Below the pieces are notes generated by a model, which was given only the letters and a program-made list of their open reading frames with translations, searched no databases and was not told the DNA's origin. Below, in pieces: positions 10,081 through 19,700 of a stretch of 64,000 nucleotides of DNA (positions within the stretch are counted from its first letter, which is position 1; each line of letters opens with the position of its first letter). Both the position numbers and the translations under genes were made by a program. The DNA comes from a virus (lineage: Duplodnaviria > Caudoviricetes), in the IMG/VR virus record IMGVR_UViG_3300010163_003659, positions 1 through 64,000 of that record; one strand, given 5' to 3'.

Positions 10081-10265
10081 GGTCATCATTCCCTTTCGTA
10101 ATGTCCGGGGATGAAGCATCGCCCAGTCGACTCTTTGGCCAAGTATACTATTTAGAGGTATCATTTGCTCAGTTAAATATATTATATGCATATTTCTATA
10201 TGTGTTTGCATTATCGTGTAGGTACTGAGCTCCTTTCTGGAGTTAGATTACTATTGGCATAGAAT

Positions 10266-11036
10266 CTAATTTATGATTTTTAGCTTTTTTCTAACATAGT
10301 CCTTAGTAATAGGTTCAGTATAATCAAAATATATAAGGGTAATTCCTTTCTCTTCGCATAGGCGTTTCTTTTTTACATCATTGGACTGTCTTTTTCTTAA
10401 GCCATCTTCTCCGCCCCAGTGCTTAACTGCTTGATAATGTTGGATCCCCTGATATTCAATACCGATAGCAAGTTCTTCTATAAATATATCTAGTTCTAAC
10501 ATTTCAAGCCATTTCCCGCGATAGTGGAATTGCACATTATACTCGGGAAATATACTACTGATAATATCAAAGAGGAGTTTCTCATGAATCCATTTTCCTC
10601 TACGGTTTTTTATCTCTGTCTCAGGATTAATCATCTTTATATCTGAAAATGTAGCACTTTTAAGGATATTTCGAATATAGCAGTCCAATTCATTGTGATA
10701 TACAGGTTCTGAACCGATATAATACTCGCAATATTTCCAGTTTCGTATAAAAAATTCCATCTCTACCCAAGCTTTAAAATATTGATAACATTCTTGGATA
10801 TCTCGTATATGAAATTCGTTCATAAACCCATTGCTTGCCGATGCTGAAATGTGTTCAGGGAATGCAGAACATAAGAGATATGCATTATTATACATATGGG
10901 AACGGTTTTCCCAGAATCTAACTACTATGGCACGAAATTCTTTTAGAGTGCCGTAATAGCCGTTGTAAGCTTCAACGAGGTAAGGCTTAGGTCTATTTGG
11001 GATTGTTATTTTAGGCTTAATCATATTATTTTCCAT
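10266..11036 (-). CDS. Protein with C-terminal PD-(D/E)XK/Vsr-like endonuclease domain
   Basis: LELDIFIEELAIGIEYQGIQHY...KKRLCEEKGITLI. Confidence 0.65.
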   Translation of the reverse strand: MENNMIKPKITIPNRPKPYLVEAYNGYYGTLKEFRAIVVRFWENRSHMYNNAYLLCSAFPEHISASASNGFMNEFHIRDIQECYQYFKAWVEMEFFIRNWKYCEYYIGSEPVYHNELDCYIRNILKSATFSDIKMINPETEIKNRRGKWIHEKLLFDIISSIFPEYNVQFHYRGKWLEMLELDIFIEELAIGIEYQGIQHYQAVKHWGGEDGLRKRQSNDVKKKRLCEEKGITLIYFDYTEPITKDYVRKKLKIIN

Positions 11037-11063
11037 GCACCCTTCGGTACCACTCGAAGGGAA

Positions 11064-11912
11064 TTATTTTCCCATGTTTTCGGTTCCTGTTTTCTTTAAA
11101 GGTTCATCTGCTGCAACAGATTCCTCATATCGTTGTTCTTTTATTAATTTTTTCGCTTCCCCAATTATTATATATTTGTTATCCTCATTAAGTGGTTTGA
11201 AAGAAGATAACATCTTCTCTTCCTGTTCGTCTATTTTACAAAGAAGATAGTCGGTAGAAACATTGAAGTAATTTGATAATTGCAATATGGTATTTATATG
11301 TGGTATAAAGCCATATTCTATCATGTAGTAGACTTCTTGACTTGACAATGCAAGTAGATTTTCCAAAAATGAATAGTTTGTTCCTATGGAGTTATTACAT
11401 AGTTTCCTCAGTCTATCCGCTATTTGGTAATCATACTGAAAAGGTAACTTGTTATCCAAGTCCCTTTCCCTGCTATTATTAGTAAGTCCTAAAAGGCAAT
11501 CTGTCGAGACGTCGCAAATCTCAGACAATGCAATCAGGACGGAATACGGAACTGCTTCTCTGTAGTCGATGTAATTCATTAGCGTGTTTTCTGATATTTC
11601 TAATTTATCAGCAACTTCCTTATAGCTTAATCCGGTTTTGGCAATCCAATGATTTATGGAGTGACTAAAACCTCCGGACTCGTGTTCTGGCACCGGAATA
11701 TTTTGCCTCAGATCGTTTCCGAGCAAATAGTCAACAGAAACTCCAAATAAGCTCGACATTTTTATTAGAGTTTCATAAGAAGGTCTTCGATTGCTCCGCT
11801 CATATTTGCTAATGCTTTTTTGAGATATATTAAGTTTATTGGCTAATTCAGCCTGAGTTAAGCCGAGTCGTTCTCTTTCTTTTGTTATTCTGAAACCATA
11901 CATATTAATCAC
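11064..11912 (-). CDS. CI-like repressor with three XRE-type HTH repeats
   Basis: LTQAELA...SKYER...VSVDYLLG; second VSTDCLLG; third VSTDYLL; divergent from cro. Confidence 0.85.
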   Translation of the reverse strand: MINMYGFRITKERERLGLTQAELANKLNISQKSISKYERSNRRPSYETLIKMSSLFGVSVDYLLGNDLRQNIPVPEHESGGFSHSINHWIAKTGLSYKEVADKLEISENTLMNYIDYREAVPYSVLIALSEICDVSTDCLLGLTNNSRERDLDNKLPFQYDYQIADRLRKLCNNSIGTNYSFLENLLALSSQEVYYMIEYGFIPHINTILQLSNYFNVSTDYLLCKIDEQEEKMLSSFKPLNEDNKYIIIGEAKKLIKEQRYEESVAADEPLKKTGTENMGK

Positions 11913-11927
11913 CTCGTATTACAATGA

Positions 11928-12021
11928 TACTCCTTTAAGGAGTAAAAAAAAACCGACAAATAGGAGTAAAAAAGGTTGACAATCTCCTGCAAGTAGTATA
12001 TTATTACTACAATAAGGCGAA
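11928..12021. promoter_or_regulatory. Lysis/lysogeny switch: 17-bp operators and sigma-A promoter
   Basis: Palindrome TACTCCTTTAAGGAGTA 11928-11944, degenerate copies near 11952, 11982, 12005; TTGACA 11976 -17 bp- TATTAT 11999. Confidence 0.7.
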
Positions 12022-12037
12022 TAAAGGAGGTGGCACT

Positions 12038-12256
12038 GTGAGAAATACACTCATTCAAGTAAGAGGAGATAGGACACAGGTGGATGTAGCTAACGAGATT
12101 GGGATTTCTCAAAAATATCTCTCTAAATTAGAGTTAGGTCAAAGAACGCCCAGTCTCAAAATAGCTGGACAGATTGCATCATACTACAAATGTAGCGTAG
12201 AAATGCTTTTTCCGGATATTTTTTTACCTAATCAATCGCCAAAAAGTAGTATTTAA
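12038..12256 (+). CDS. Cro-like XRE regulator
   Basis: TQVDVANEIGISQKYLSKLELGQRTPS. Confidence 0.85.
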   Translation: MRNTLIQVRGDRTQVDVANEIGISQKYLSKLELGQRTPSLKIAGQIASYYKCSVEMLFPDIFLPNQSPKSSI

Positions 12257-12288
12257 CTATATGATAGCACGAGAGGAGTGATAAGAAA

Positions 12289-12528
12289 ATGTCAAACATA
12301 ACGGCAAGAGTCAGAACCAACGTATTTTACAAGGCATGTTGTGTGGCATCAGCACACATGAGGAATATGTCTATGGCAGAATTTCAGAAATATATGCTGC
12401 GAAAGGGATGTTATATGACAGACAACATTGAAGATGTGGAAGCATACATCAGAAGAAAGTATCCAGGGCTCACAGATGCTGAAATCATGAGTGTAGCTAA
12501 CTGTTGTGTTGTCTGCCTCAATTTGTAA
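12289..12528 (+). CDS. Hypothetical protein; N-terminus paralogous to next gene
   Basis: GAGGAG RBS; MSNITARVRTNVFYKA resembles MSNLTANTKSNVFYKA. Confidence 0.6.
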   Translation: MSNITARVRTNVFYKACCVASAHMRNMSMAEFQKYMLRKGCYMTDNIEDVEAYIRRKYPGLTDAEIMSVANCCVVCLNL

Positions 12529-12549
12529 ATAAGGAAGGGGATAAACAAA

Positions 12550-13023
12550 ATGTCAAACTTGACAGCAAACACCAAATCTAACGTATTTTATAAAGCCCGT
12601 TATGAAGCGGCAACGCATAACGAACAGTTGAGCAGCCGAGAAGGGGCTGCTGACATAATGTCCATTGACAGAGGCCGGCTTTATAGGATTGAAAGTGGAA
12701 TAGCTAATCCATATCCTGAGGAAATTCACCTTATGGCAGATTTGTATAACGCCCCGGAACTGGAAAATTACTTCTGCAAAAATATATGTCCACTTGGTGG
12801 AGATATTCCAAAAGCGGAGATTGCAGACCTTGACCGAATTACGGTCAGAACATTATCGGCAATTCGGAAACTGGGAGAAACCAAGGAATTACTGCTTGAC
12901 ATTACGGAAGATGGAGTGATTGATGAATCTGAAAAGGAAGATATGGAAAAGGTTCTCCGAAACTTAGAAGAATTGGAACAGATTACACAGAACATGAAAT
13001 TATGGATAAAGAAAAATATGTGA
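12550..13023 (+). CDS. XRE HTH phage regulator (CII-like architecture)
   Basis: SREGAADIMSIDRGRLYRIESG; C-terminal DITEDGVIDESE. Confidence 0.75.
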   Translation: MSNLTANTKSNVFYKARYEAATHNEQLSSREGAADIMSIDRGRLYRIESGIANPYPEEIHLMADLYNAPELENYFCKNICPLGGDIPKAEIADLDRITVRTLSAIRKLGETKELLLDITEDGVIDESEKEDMEKVLRNLEELEQITQNMKLWIKKNM

Positions 13024-13135
13024 TAAAAGGCTGACGGTATCACTGAGCCGAGCGAAAAGTGAGGACAGCCCGGCGGTATCACTGGCATATGAGGGATTGG
13101 AATTTTACATATTACTTGCTGACATTTGACAGCAA

Positions 13136-13654
13136 GTGACAACAAGTGTGTCCGTAATTCAATCCAAAGAGGAATCCGAATCCAAAGAGAAATCCAATCT
13201 GGATATATGTTTTGAGCAGACAGGAGGTGGCAATTTGTATTTAGCACAGAATTTGAAATACCTGCGTGAGCGTAATGGGGAATTACAAAAAGATATGTGT
13301 GAGTTGCTTGGCGTAACAGAAGCGACAATGAGCAAGTATGAAAGCGGATATATCGAGCCAGATATAGAGAAGCTGATAACGCTTGCAGATCATTTCGGAG
13401 TAACGATAAATGACTTGCTCAGAAATGATTTGTGCCCTAAACCCATGTATGCAAGAAACTTGAAGCATCTTCGCAAAAAGCATGGAATGTCGCAGAAGGA
13501 CGTAGCAGATTTGTTGAAAATGGGACGGGCAGCGGTTTCCCTTTATGAAATTGGTTATAGGGAAATGAGCATCGAAGATTTGACGATACTGGCAGATTAT
13601 TTTGGTGTCACGCTGGATCAGATGGTAAAACAAGATTTATCAAAGGAGAAGTGA
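13136..13654 (+). CDS. Tandem XRE HTH regulator (start probably TTG ~13235)
   Basis: Two HTH_3 repeats: NLKYLRE...FGVTINDLL and NLKHLRK...FGVTLDQMV. Confidence 0.8.
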   Translation: MTTSVSVIQSKEESESKEKSNLDICFEQTGGGNLYLAQNLKYLRERNGELQKDMCELLGVTEATMSKYESGYIEPDIEKLITLADHFGVTINDLLRNDLCPKPMYARNLKHLRKKHGMSQKDVADLLKMGRAAVSLYEIGYREMSIEDLTILADYFGVTLDQMVKQDLSKEK

Positions 13655-13884
13655 TGTGTATGCAGGGAAAAAGAATTACGCCCGAGCGAGGAAAGGTTTA
13701 TAAGAACAAAGGCGGTGGAAAATTTTTTTGCATTCGTGGTTATAGAAATAATGCGGTAATGCAGAATGTTGCTAGCAAATGGACTTTCAAGGCAAATGGA
13801 GTAATCCAATATGAGGATGGAACCATTGAATGGGATTATTCCACAGGCGGGCATTTTAATAGCGGAAATAAGGTTTACGGCTGA
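13651..13884 (+). CDS. Hypothetical phage protein
   Basis: Coupled ORF in early operon. Confidence 0.6.
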   Translation: MMCMQGKRITPERGKVYKNKGGGKFFCIRGYRNNAVMQNVASKWTFKANGVIQYEDGTIEWDYSTGGHFNSGNKVYG

Positions 13885-14133
13885 TTGGAGGCGGTGGCTA
13901 TGCTGGTCATTAAAACTGAATTGGGAAATTTTGGGAATCCAAAAGACCTGCTGCATTACATGAAAACGGAATGTATTACAAAGGTACATGTCAAGGTGCA
14001 GTATTGCTTTGAGGATGTGTTTGAAAAGGATATGGGCATGGGAGATGTCCAGAAGTGGGCAGCAACGTTTATCAGCCCTATTGCCGGATCTTTGGAAGAT
14101 GCAATCAGATGGCTGAGGTTAGGGGGTGAATAG
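13885..14133 (+). CDS. Hypothetical phage protein
   Basis: GGAGG RBS, coupled ORF. Confidence 0.55.
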   Translation: MEAVAMLVIKTELGNFGNPKDLLHYMKTECITKVHVKVQYCFEDVFEKDMGMGDVQKWAATFISPIAGSLEDAIRWLRLGGE

Positions 14134-14383
14134 CATGGAAGGATTGGCGATGGAACCAGGGGTTGTACGGAAAAGTACACGTATATTTGTCACTCAGGAA
14201 GATGTGGCAGTGCTCCTTGGATGTGGGAAAAGTAAGGCATATAACATTGTCCGTGAAGTGAATGAGCAGGCCAGGAAGAATGGGAACCATCCATTTCCGG
14301 CAGGAAAAGCAAACAAGTATCTGTTTTCGGATATTTTTGATATCCCTATGGATGAAGTGGATAAGGTTATCAACGGAGAATAG
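14126..14383 (+). CDS. Excisionase-like HTH protein (ICEBs1 Xis-like)
   Basis: IFVTQEDVAVLLGCGKSKAYNIVREVN...AGKA. Confidence 0.65.
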   Translation: MNSMEGLAMEPGVVRKSTRIFVTQEDVAVLLGCGKSKAYNIVREVNEQARKNGNHPFPAGKANKYLFSDIFDIPMDEVDKVINGE

Positions 14384-14393
14384 GAGGTGCGAT

Positions 14394-14597
14394 ATGGCTT
14401 ATTATAACACTTGCCCAAATTGTGGTTCTAATCTGGACCCGGGCGAGAGGTGCGAATGTGAAAATGAAAAGGCAAAAGAACAGGAGAAGAAGCAGGAATT
14501 TTTCAACAGACATTTGAAAATGGAACCGGGAGCCGGACAGCTTGCGTTCGTGTTCGACAGCAGGGAGGGCCGCTATGAAAAGAAGATGTGTATTTAG
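14394..14597 (+). CDS. Small Cys-rich phage protein
   Basis: AGGAGG RBS; CPNCGSNLDPGERCEC. Confidence 0.7.
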   Translation: MAYYNTCPNCGSNLDPGERCECENEKAKEQEKKQEFFNRHLKMEPGAGQLAFVFDSREGRYEKKMCI

Positions 14598-15204
14598 CGT
14601 TGCTATTGTTATAACGCTTGCTGCTCTGTCAGCTGTGGCATTTGCAAGCAGTCTGGATGGAATGCCGGCGAATGAAAATCCAGGGCAAAGACCGGCGTCT
14701 GAAGCTGCAGCTACCGCAGAGCCGGAAACAACAAGCGGGACAAGGCAGGCAGTGATAGAAGTTGCCCCTGCTGAGGAACCTATAGAAGCACCTTATCAGT
14801 CTGTTATTGCTAGTTTGGATTGGGGTGCAGAAGAATCCTATTTACTCGCAAAATTGGCTATGGCAGAGGCGGAGAGTGAGGATATAGAGGGAAAGGCCCT
14901 GGTAATGCTGGTGGTACTTAACCGGGTTTCGGATGATGAAGAATTTCCGGACACTATTGAAGAAGTGATATATCAGCCGGGACAGTTCAGCCCTATAAGC
15001 AATGGAAGGTTCGGCAAAGTTGAGCCTGATGCGGACTGTTGGGCAGCATTGGATTTAATAATGCAGGATAAATGGGATGGGAGTTATGGTGCCACTTACT
15101 TTGAGAGTAAGAGTGAATCCACATGGCATAGCGAAAACCTTACATTCCTGTTCCGTCATGGAAAGCATTATTTTTACATAGACAAGGAGGGAGATGGTGA
15201 TTAG
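14575..15204 (+). CDS. SleB-like cell wall hydrolase (Hydrolase_2)
   Basis: Signal peptide; LAKLAMAEAESE...VVLNRV...FPDTIEEVIYQPGQFSP...GKHYFY. Confidence 0.85.
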   Translation: MKRRCVFSVAIVITLAALSAVAFASSLDGMPANENPGQRPASEAAATAEPETTSGTRQAVIEVAPAEEPIEAPYQSVIASLDWGAEESYLLAKLAMAEAESEDIEGKALVMLVVLNRVSDDEEFPDTIEEVIYQPGQFSPISNGRFGKVEPDADCWAALDLIMQDKWDGSYGATYFESKSESTWHSENLTFLFRHGKHYFYIDKEGDGD

Positions 15205-15466
15205 AAGAAAGATTATAAAAAACTTGGCAGCCGTTGTATATACTCTGGCAATAACATTTGCTATCGGAAAATGGTCTATCCATGCGGCATATATCGAAAG
15301 GGGATATAAGGCGGTTGGTGGAGAATATTGTCTTATATTTATGGCTTGCTGGATGGCATGGAAAACAATCAACTATTTATTCAAAACATTGGAGGGATTC
15401 AAACATGGGCGGAGTTGTAAAAAAGGGAGAAGTAGAGGAACTTCTCGGATGCATGGTAACAGATGA
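15194..15466 (+). CDS. Small membrane protein
   Basis: AYIERGYKAVGGEY between two hydrophobic segments. Confidence 0.6.
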   Translation: MVIRRKIIKNLAAVVYTLAITFAIGKWSIHAAYIERGYKAVGGEYCLIFMACWMAWKTINYLFKTLEGFKHGRSCKKGRSRGTSRMHGNR

Positions 15467-15713
15467 ACAGTTCAATGAGGCATTGGAGTATGCCAGAAGG
15501 AAGCAGAAGTACATACACAGCCAGGAACACAGTACGGTAGTACTACAGCACTGGTATCTCGTAAAGCTGACGGAGGAATATGTCAGAAACCTTGCTTTCT
15601 CAAAATTCACTATGGATTTATGCAGCGCACTGCGTGATATGGAAAAAGAGCACCCGGTAAAAAACCAGAGCGCCCCTACGAGTAACCATATTGTAACAGT
15701 TTCTGTTTTATAA
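15405..15713 (+). CDS. Hypothetical phage protein
   Basis: GGAGG RBS, ORF in operon. Confidence 0.55.
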   Translation: MGGVVKKGEVEELLGCMVTDEQFNEALEYARRKQKYIHSQEHSTVVLQHWYLVKLTEEYVRNLAFSKFTMDLCSALRDMEKEHPVKNQSAPTSNHIVTVSVL

Positions 15714-15749
15714 ATCAAGTAAAAAATGCAATATGGAGGTAAAAAATCT

Positions 15750-16748
15750 ATGAATGAATTATCAATCGTTAAAGAATTTCCCAAAGAAAAATACAATCTG
15801 CTGTGCAACACGGACACGATTGCTTCCATTCCGGATATTAAGTCACCAGTGGTGCAGTCTGTGAAATTGGAAACAGACCTTTCAAAAGGGGAGGTATATA
15901 TCCACCAGAAGGCGAAAAAAGAGTGGACTGACCAAAACGGCAAGTACCATCCTGCAACGCCCGCCCTGTATGCCATCACAAAAAACGGGTTAAAAAAGCT
16001 TGCTGACGGGGCCGGCATAAAAATGGTATCCAGTGAACATGTAATCCCGGCTACCTGCCAGAAATGTGTTGCTGTCAACCGGAATAGCGGGAAGGTTGTC
16101 CAGTGTGGCAACTGCAGGAACAAAGATGTGGCATTCCGGGTGACCATATCCGTCCCGCAGCTTACCGGGGAAATCCTAACAGTATCTGATACAAACGAAA
16201 TTATCGTAGAAAATTCGACTGTAGGGATGACAGACAGCCAGAAAAAGGAGTTTATGAAATACCTGCCACAGATTTGTGAGGCAAAGGCTTTGAATGGGGC
16301 TATCCGGACTGCGCTCCATTTAAAGGGGACATATACGCTGGAGGAACTGCAGAAGCCTTTTGTAGTGGCATACCTTGTGCCCAATCTGGATAACGAGGAA
16401 GTTAAGCGTGCTGCCATTGATAATATGTTCCAGTCTTCCGGGCGCCTTTTTGGAGATGTTCCAACGGTTCAGCAGATAGAAACCCGCCCTCCGGAAGGAA
16501 ATCCGGAGCAGAGTGCTGCGGAAGGGGATTATGACAGTTATGTGGATGGGACATATACGGAGATGGAGAATGTGCCACAGGCTGATCCTTCTCCGCAGAA
16601 CCAGATGACTGAAGAACAGAGGAATGATTTCTATTGTGATATATGTGGGATTTCAATAGAGGAAAAGGTCTGGGATTATTCAGTGCAGCATTATGAACGG
16701 CCGCTTTGCTATAAGTGCCAGAGGAAGGTAAGGGGGAATGGAAAATGA
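15750..16748 (+). CDS. Putative single-strand annealing/recombination protein with Zn-finger motifs
   Basis: Position directly before the SbcCD fusion; CQKC/CGNC and C-terminal CDIC...CYKC; acidic linker. Confidence 0.45.
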   Translation: MNELSIVKEFPKEKYNLLCNTDTIASIPDIKSPVVQSVKLETDLSKGEVYIHQKAKKEWTDQNGKYHPATPALYAITKNGLKKLADGAGIKMVSSEHVIPATCQKCVAVNRNSGKVVQCGNCRNKDVAFRVTISVPQLTGEILTVSDTNEIIVENSTVGMTDSQKKEFMKYLPQICEAKALNGAIRTALHLKGTYTLEELQKPFVVAYLVPNLDNEEVKRAAIDNMFQSSGRLFGDVPTVQQIETRPPEGNPEQSAAEGDYDSYVDGTYTEMENVPQADPSPQNQMTEEQRNDFYCDICGISIEEKVWDYSVQHYERPLCYKCQRKVRGNGK

Positions 16749-19700
16749 TTAAGATTTTGCATACTGCGGACTGGCATCTGGGTTCACCCAGAAGCCCAAT
16801 GAAGGACGGGGTAAATCTCCGGGCAGAAGACACAAAGCGGTGCCTTGATGAACTGGTAAGAATAGCCAGATTGGAACGGCCGGATTATGTACTTATATCT
16901 GGCGATGTCTTTGATGTTGGCCGGTTATTGTCCGACAGGTGCTGTGAGGAAATCATCACGGCTGTTCATTATATCAGAGAACTGGCGGAAGTATCAAAGC
17001 AGGTAGTTGTCATGCGTGGCACACCGAACCATGACGGGGCAGGACAATTTAATGTTCTGGGAGAAATGTTTTTTAAGTTTCCGAATGTTCATATTGTGGC
17101 TGATCCGATGGTGCTTTCCTTTAATGATGTGGATATTGCGGTATTGCCGGGATTTGACAGGGGAACATACAGGGCAAATCATCCGGGACTGTCCAGTGAT
17201 GAAGAAAATGAGGTATTTACACAGGAGCTTGCAAACATTGTTACCGGATTAAAGGCGCAGTGCGAACCAAATAAGAAGAGCGTACTCATGGCACATTATA
17301 CGGTACCCGGATGCAATACGGAGAGTGGGCAGACAATGATGCTGACACAGTTTGAGCCGATTATTCCGCAGGAGGCATTGATGGCCGCGGGGTATGACCT
17401 GGTAGCTTTGGGACATATCCACAGGCCGCAGAAGATATTACAGCATGACTGGTACTATTCCGGCGCAATAAATGCCATGAATTTTAATGATGAAGGGCAG
17501 GAGCGTGGATTCTGGATTCATACGGATATGCCATTCAATGGATGGGACAGCAGGTTTTTTAAGACACCAATCAGGGAATTTATCACATTTGACTTTACAG
17601 ATACGGACATTACAGCTATCAACCTTGGACATATTGACGAGGTGGCATTTAATTACTGGAGATATAACGGAGCAGTGCAGGATAAGATTGTCCGCATCCA
17701 TTACAGTTGTTCAGAGGAAAATGCAAAAGCCTATAAAATGAATGAGGCACTGTTAGAAAGAACATTGCTTGAAGATGGGGCTTTCATGCTATGGGAAAAC
17801 CTTCCGGATCGAATTGACGAATTTGCAAACAGGACAGAGCTTATCAAAACAACGGATCCCGAAGTAAATCTCATTAAATATCTGGAAGAAAAGCAGGTGA
17901 AGCCGGAAAAGGTACAGGAGCTGGTGCTGAAGGCAAGACCGATTATTGCAGAGGCAGAGGCGAGTGTGACTGCAGCTGCTAATACCGGAACATTTGAACC
18001 GGTGGAAATTGCAGTTAAGAATTACCGCAATTATGTGGAAGAAACCTTTAATTTTGAGGATATTACATTCTGTACTATCAATGGGCAGAATGGAGCCGGA
18101 AAAAGCAGTCTGTTTATGGATGCCATTATTGATTGCCTTTTCGAGGAACCGAGAGAGGGTGTTATCAAAGACGATACCGGAAAATCCCCTTGGCTTAGAA
18201 ATGATGAAAAGGCACGTTCTGGTTCAATCATGTTCACATTCCGCATAGGCGAGAAGAAATACCGGGTAACAAGGACAAGGGCACGTTCCGGGAAAGGTAC
18301 TTTGAATATTGCTCTGTTTGTGGATGGGGAATGGAAAGACTGCTCCAAGGAACGTTACAACGATACTCAGCAGGAGATTTTGAATATTCTTGGTATGGAT
18401 AGCTTTACCTTTAAATCATGTGCGCTCATCATGCAGGATCAGTATGGTTTATTCCTGCAGGCCAGACCAGAGGAACGTGTGGAAGTGCTCGGCACACTTC
18501 TTGGATTAGGGGTGTACCAAATCATGGAGAAAATTGCTTTCGATGCAGCAAAAGTAAATGGCGCAAAAGGCAGGGAATTGAAACAGGAGATTGAAGTTCA
18601 CAACAGAACGATTGCTGAATTTGGAAAGCCTGATGAAGAACTTGAAATGTGCAAGACAGAACTGGCAGGGTACGAGAGTAGCTTACAGGCAAAGCTTGCA
18701 GAGAGAGACCAGCAGAAACTTATCCTTGCAAACCAGCAGGCCGCCGCAGAAAGGCGGGCAAAGCTGTTGGCATCTATTACTACTCTGCAGGGTAAAAAGG
18801 CGGCGACAGAGCAAAACAGATCTGCTCAGCAGGACATTGTTGCAACCAGCACAGCAATTCTATCTGGTAAAGCGGAGATTGAGGCAAAGGTAGCTGAATA
18901 CAACGAACTTCTTGAAAAGCAGAAGGAGTTATCGGCCGGGGCAACCTTATATTCGTCTAAATTGGCAGAGCTTACTGATTTGGAAAATCAGATTAAACAG
19001 TTAGAAAGCCAGCTTTCACAGTTGAAGATAAAGCTGCATGGAGAAGAAAGTCGAAAAGCGGCTCTGGAGGTGCCTGTTGATGAAACACTTATCCGTAACA
19101 ATGTTGCTGAATATGAAAAGTATAGCGAATTGCTCCGTCAGATGAAGGAATTGCAGACTATATGGATTGAGGCGAAGTCAAACAGAGATAAAAAAGCCTA
19201 CTCAGTAGATAGCAAGAAAGCCTATATCAATCAGGAAATACAGAGGTTGAATGGCAAGAAGTCTGACCTGGAGAGAAGAACAGAGTTATTGCAGAACTCC
19301 GGTTGTTCCAATATCGATAATGCAGAATGTAGATTCCTTGCAGATGCTTTAGATGCCAAGAAACAGATTCCGGTAATCGAAAATGAGATTGCCGCATTTG
19401 AGCAGGAACAATTACCGCTGTTACAGGGTTTATACGCAGATGTAGATGAAGCAGAAAAAGCCGTTGCTAGTATCGGATATGATGAAACCTTGCTTGTGGA
19501 ATATTCCACAAGGGTACAGTCACTTGCCGGATTTCCTGCACAGCTGAAAGCAATTGAAGAGAGAGCGAACCAAATTGCCTTAATTTCAGCATCTATCCGG
19601 CATATACAGTCAAATATATCTGATTGTGAAAACAGGCTTGCTACGGTCAAATTAAAGGCTGCTGAGGTCACACAGGAACGAAGTAACTACGCCAAAGCAT

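Noticed and set aside
15377-16417. 346-aa minus-strand ORF
   Set aside because: Antisense shadow of well-supported plus-strand genes.
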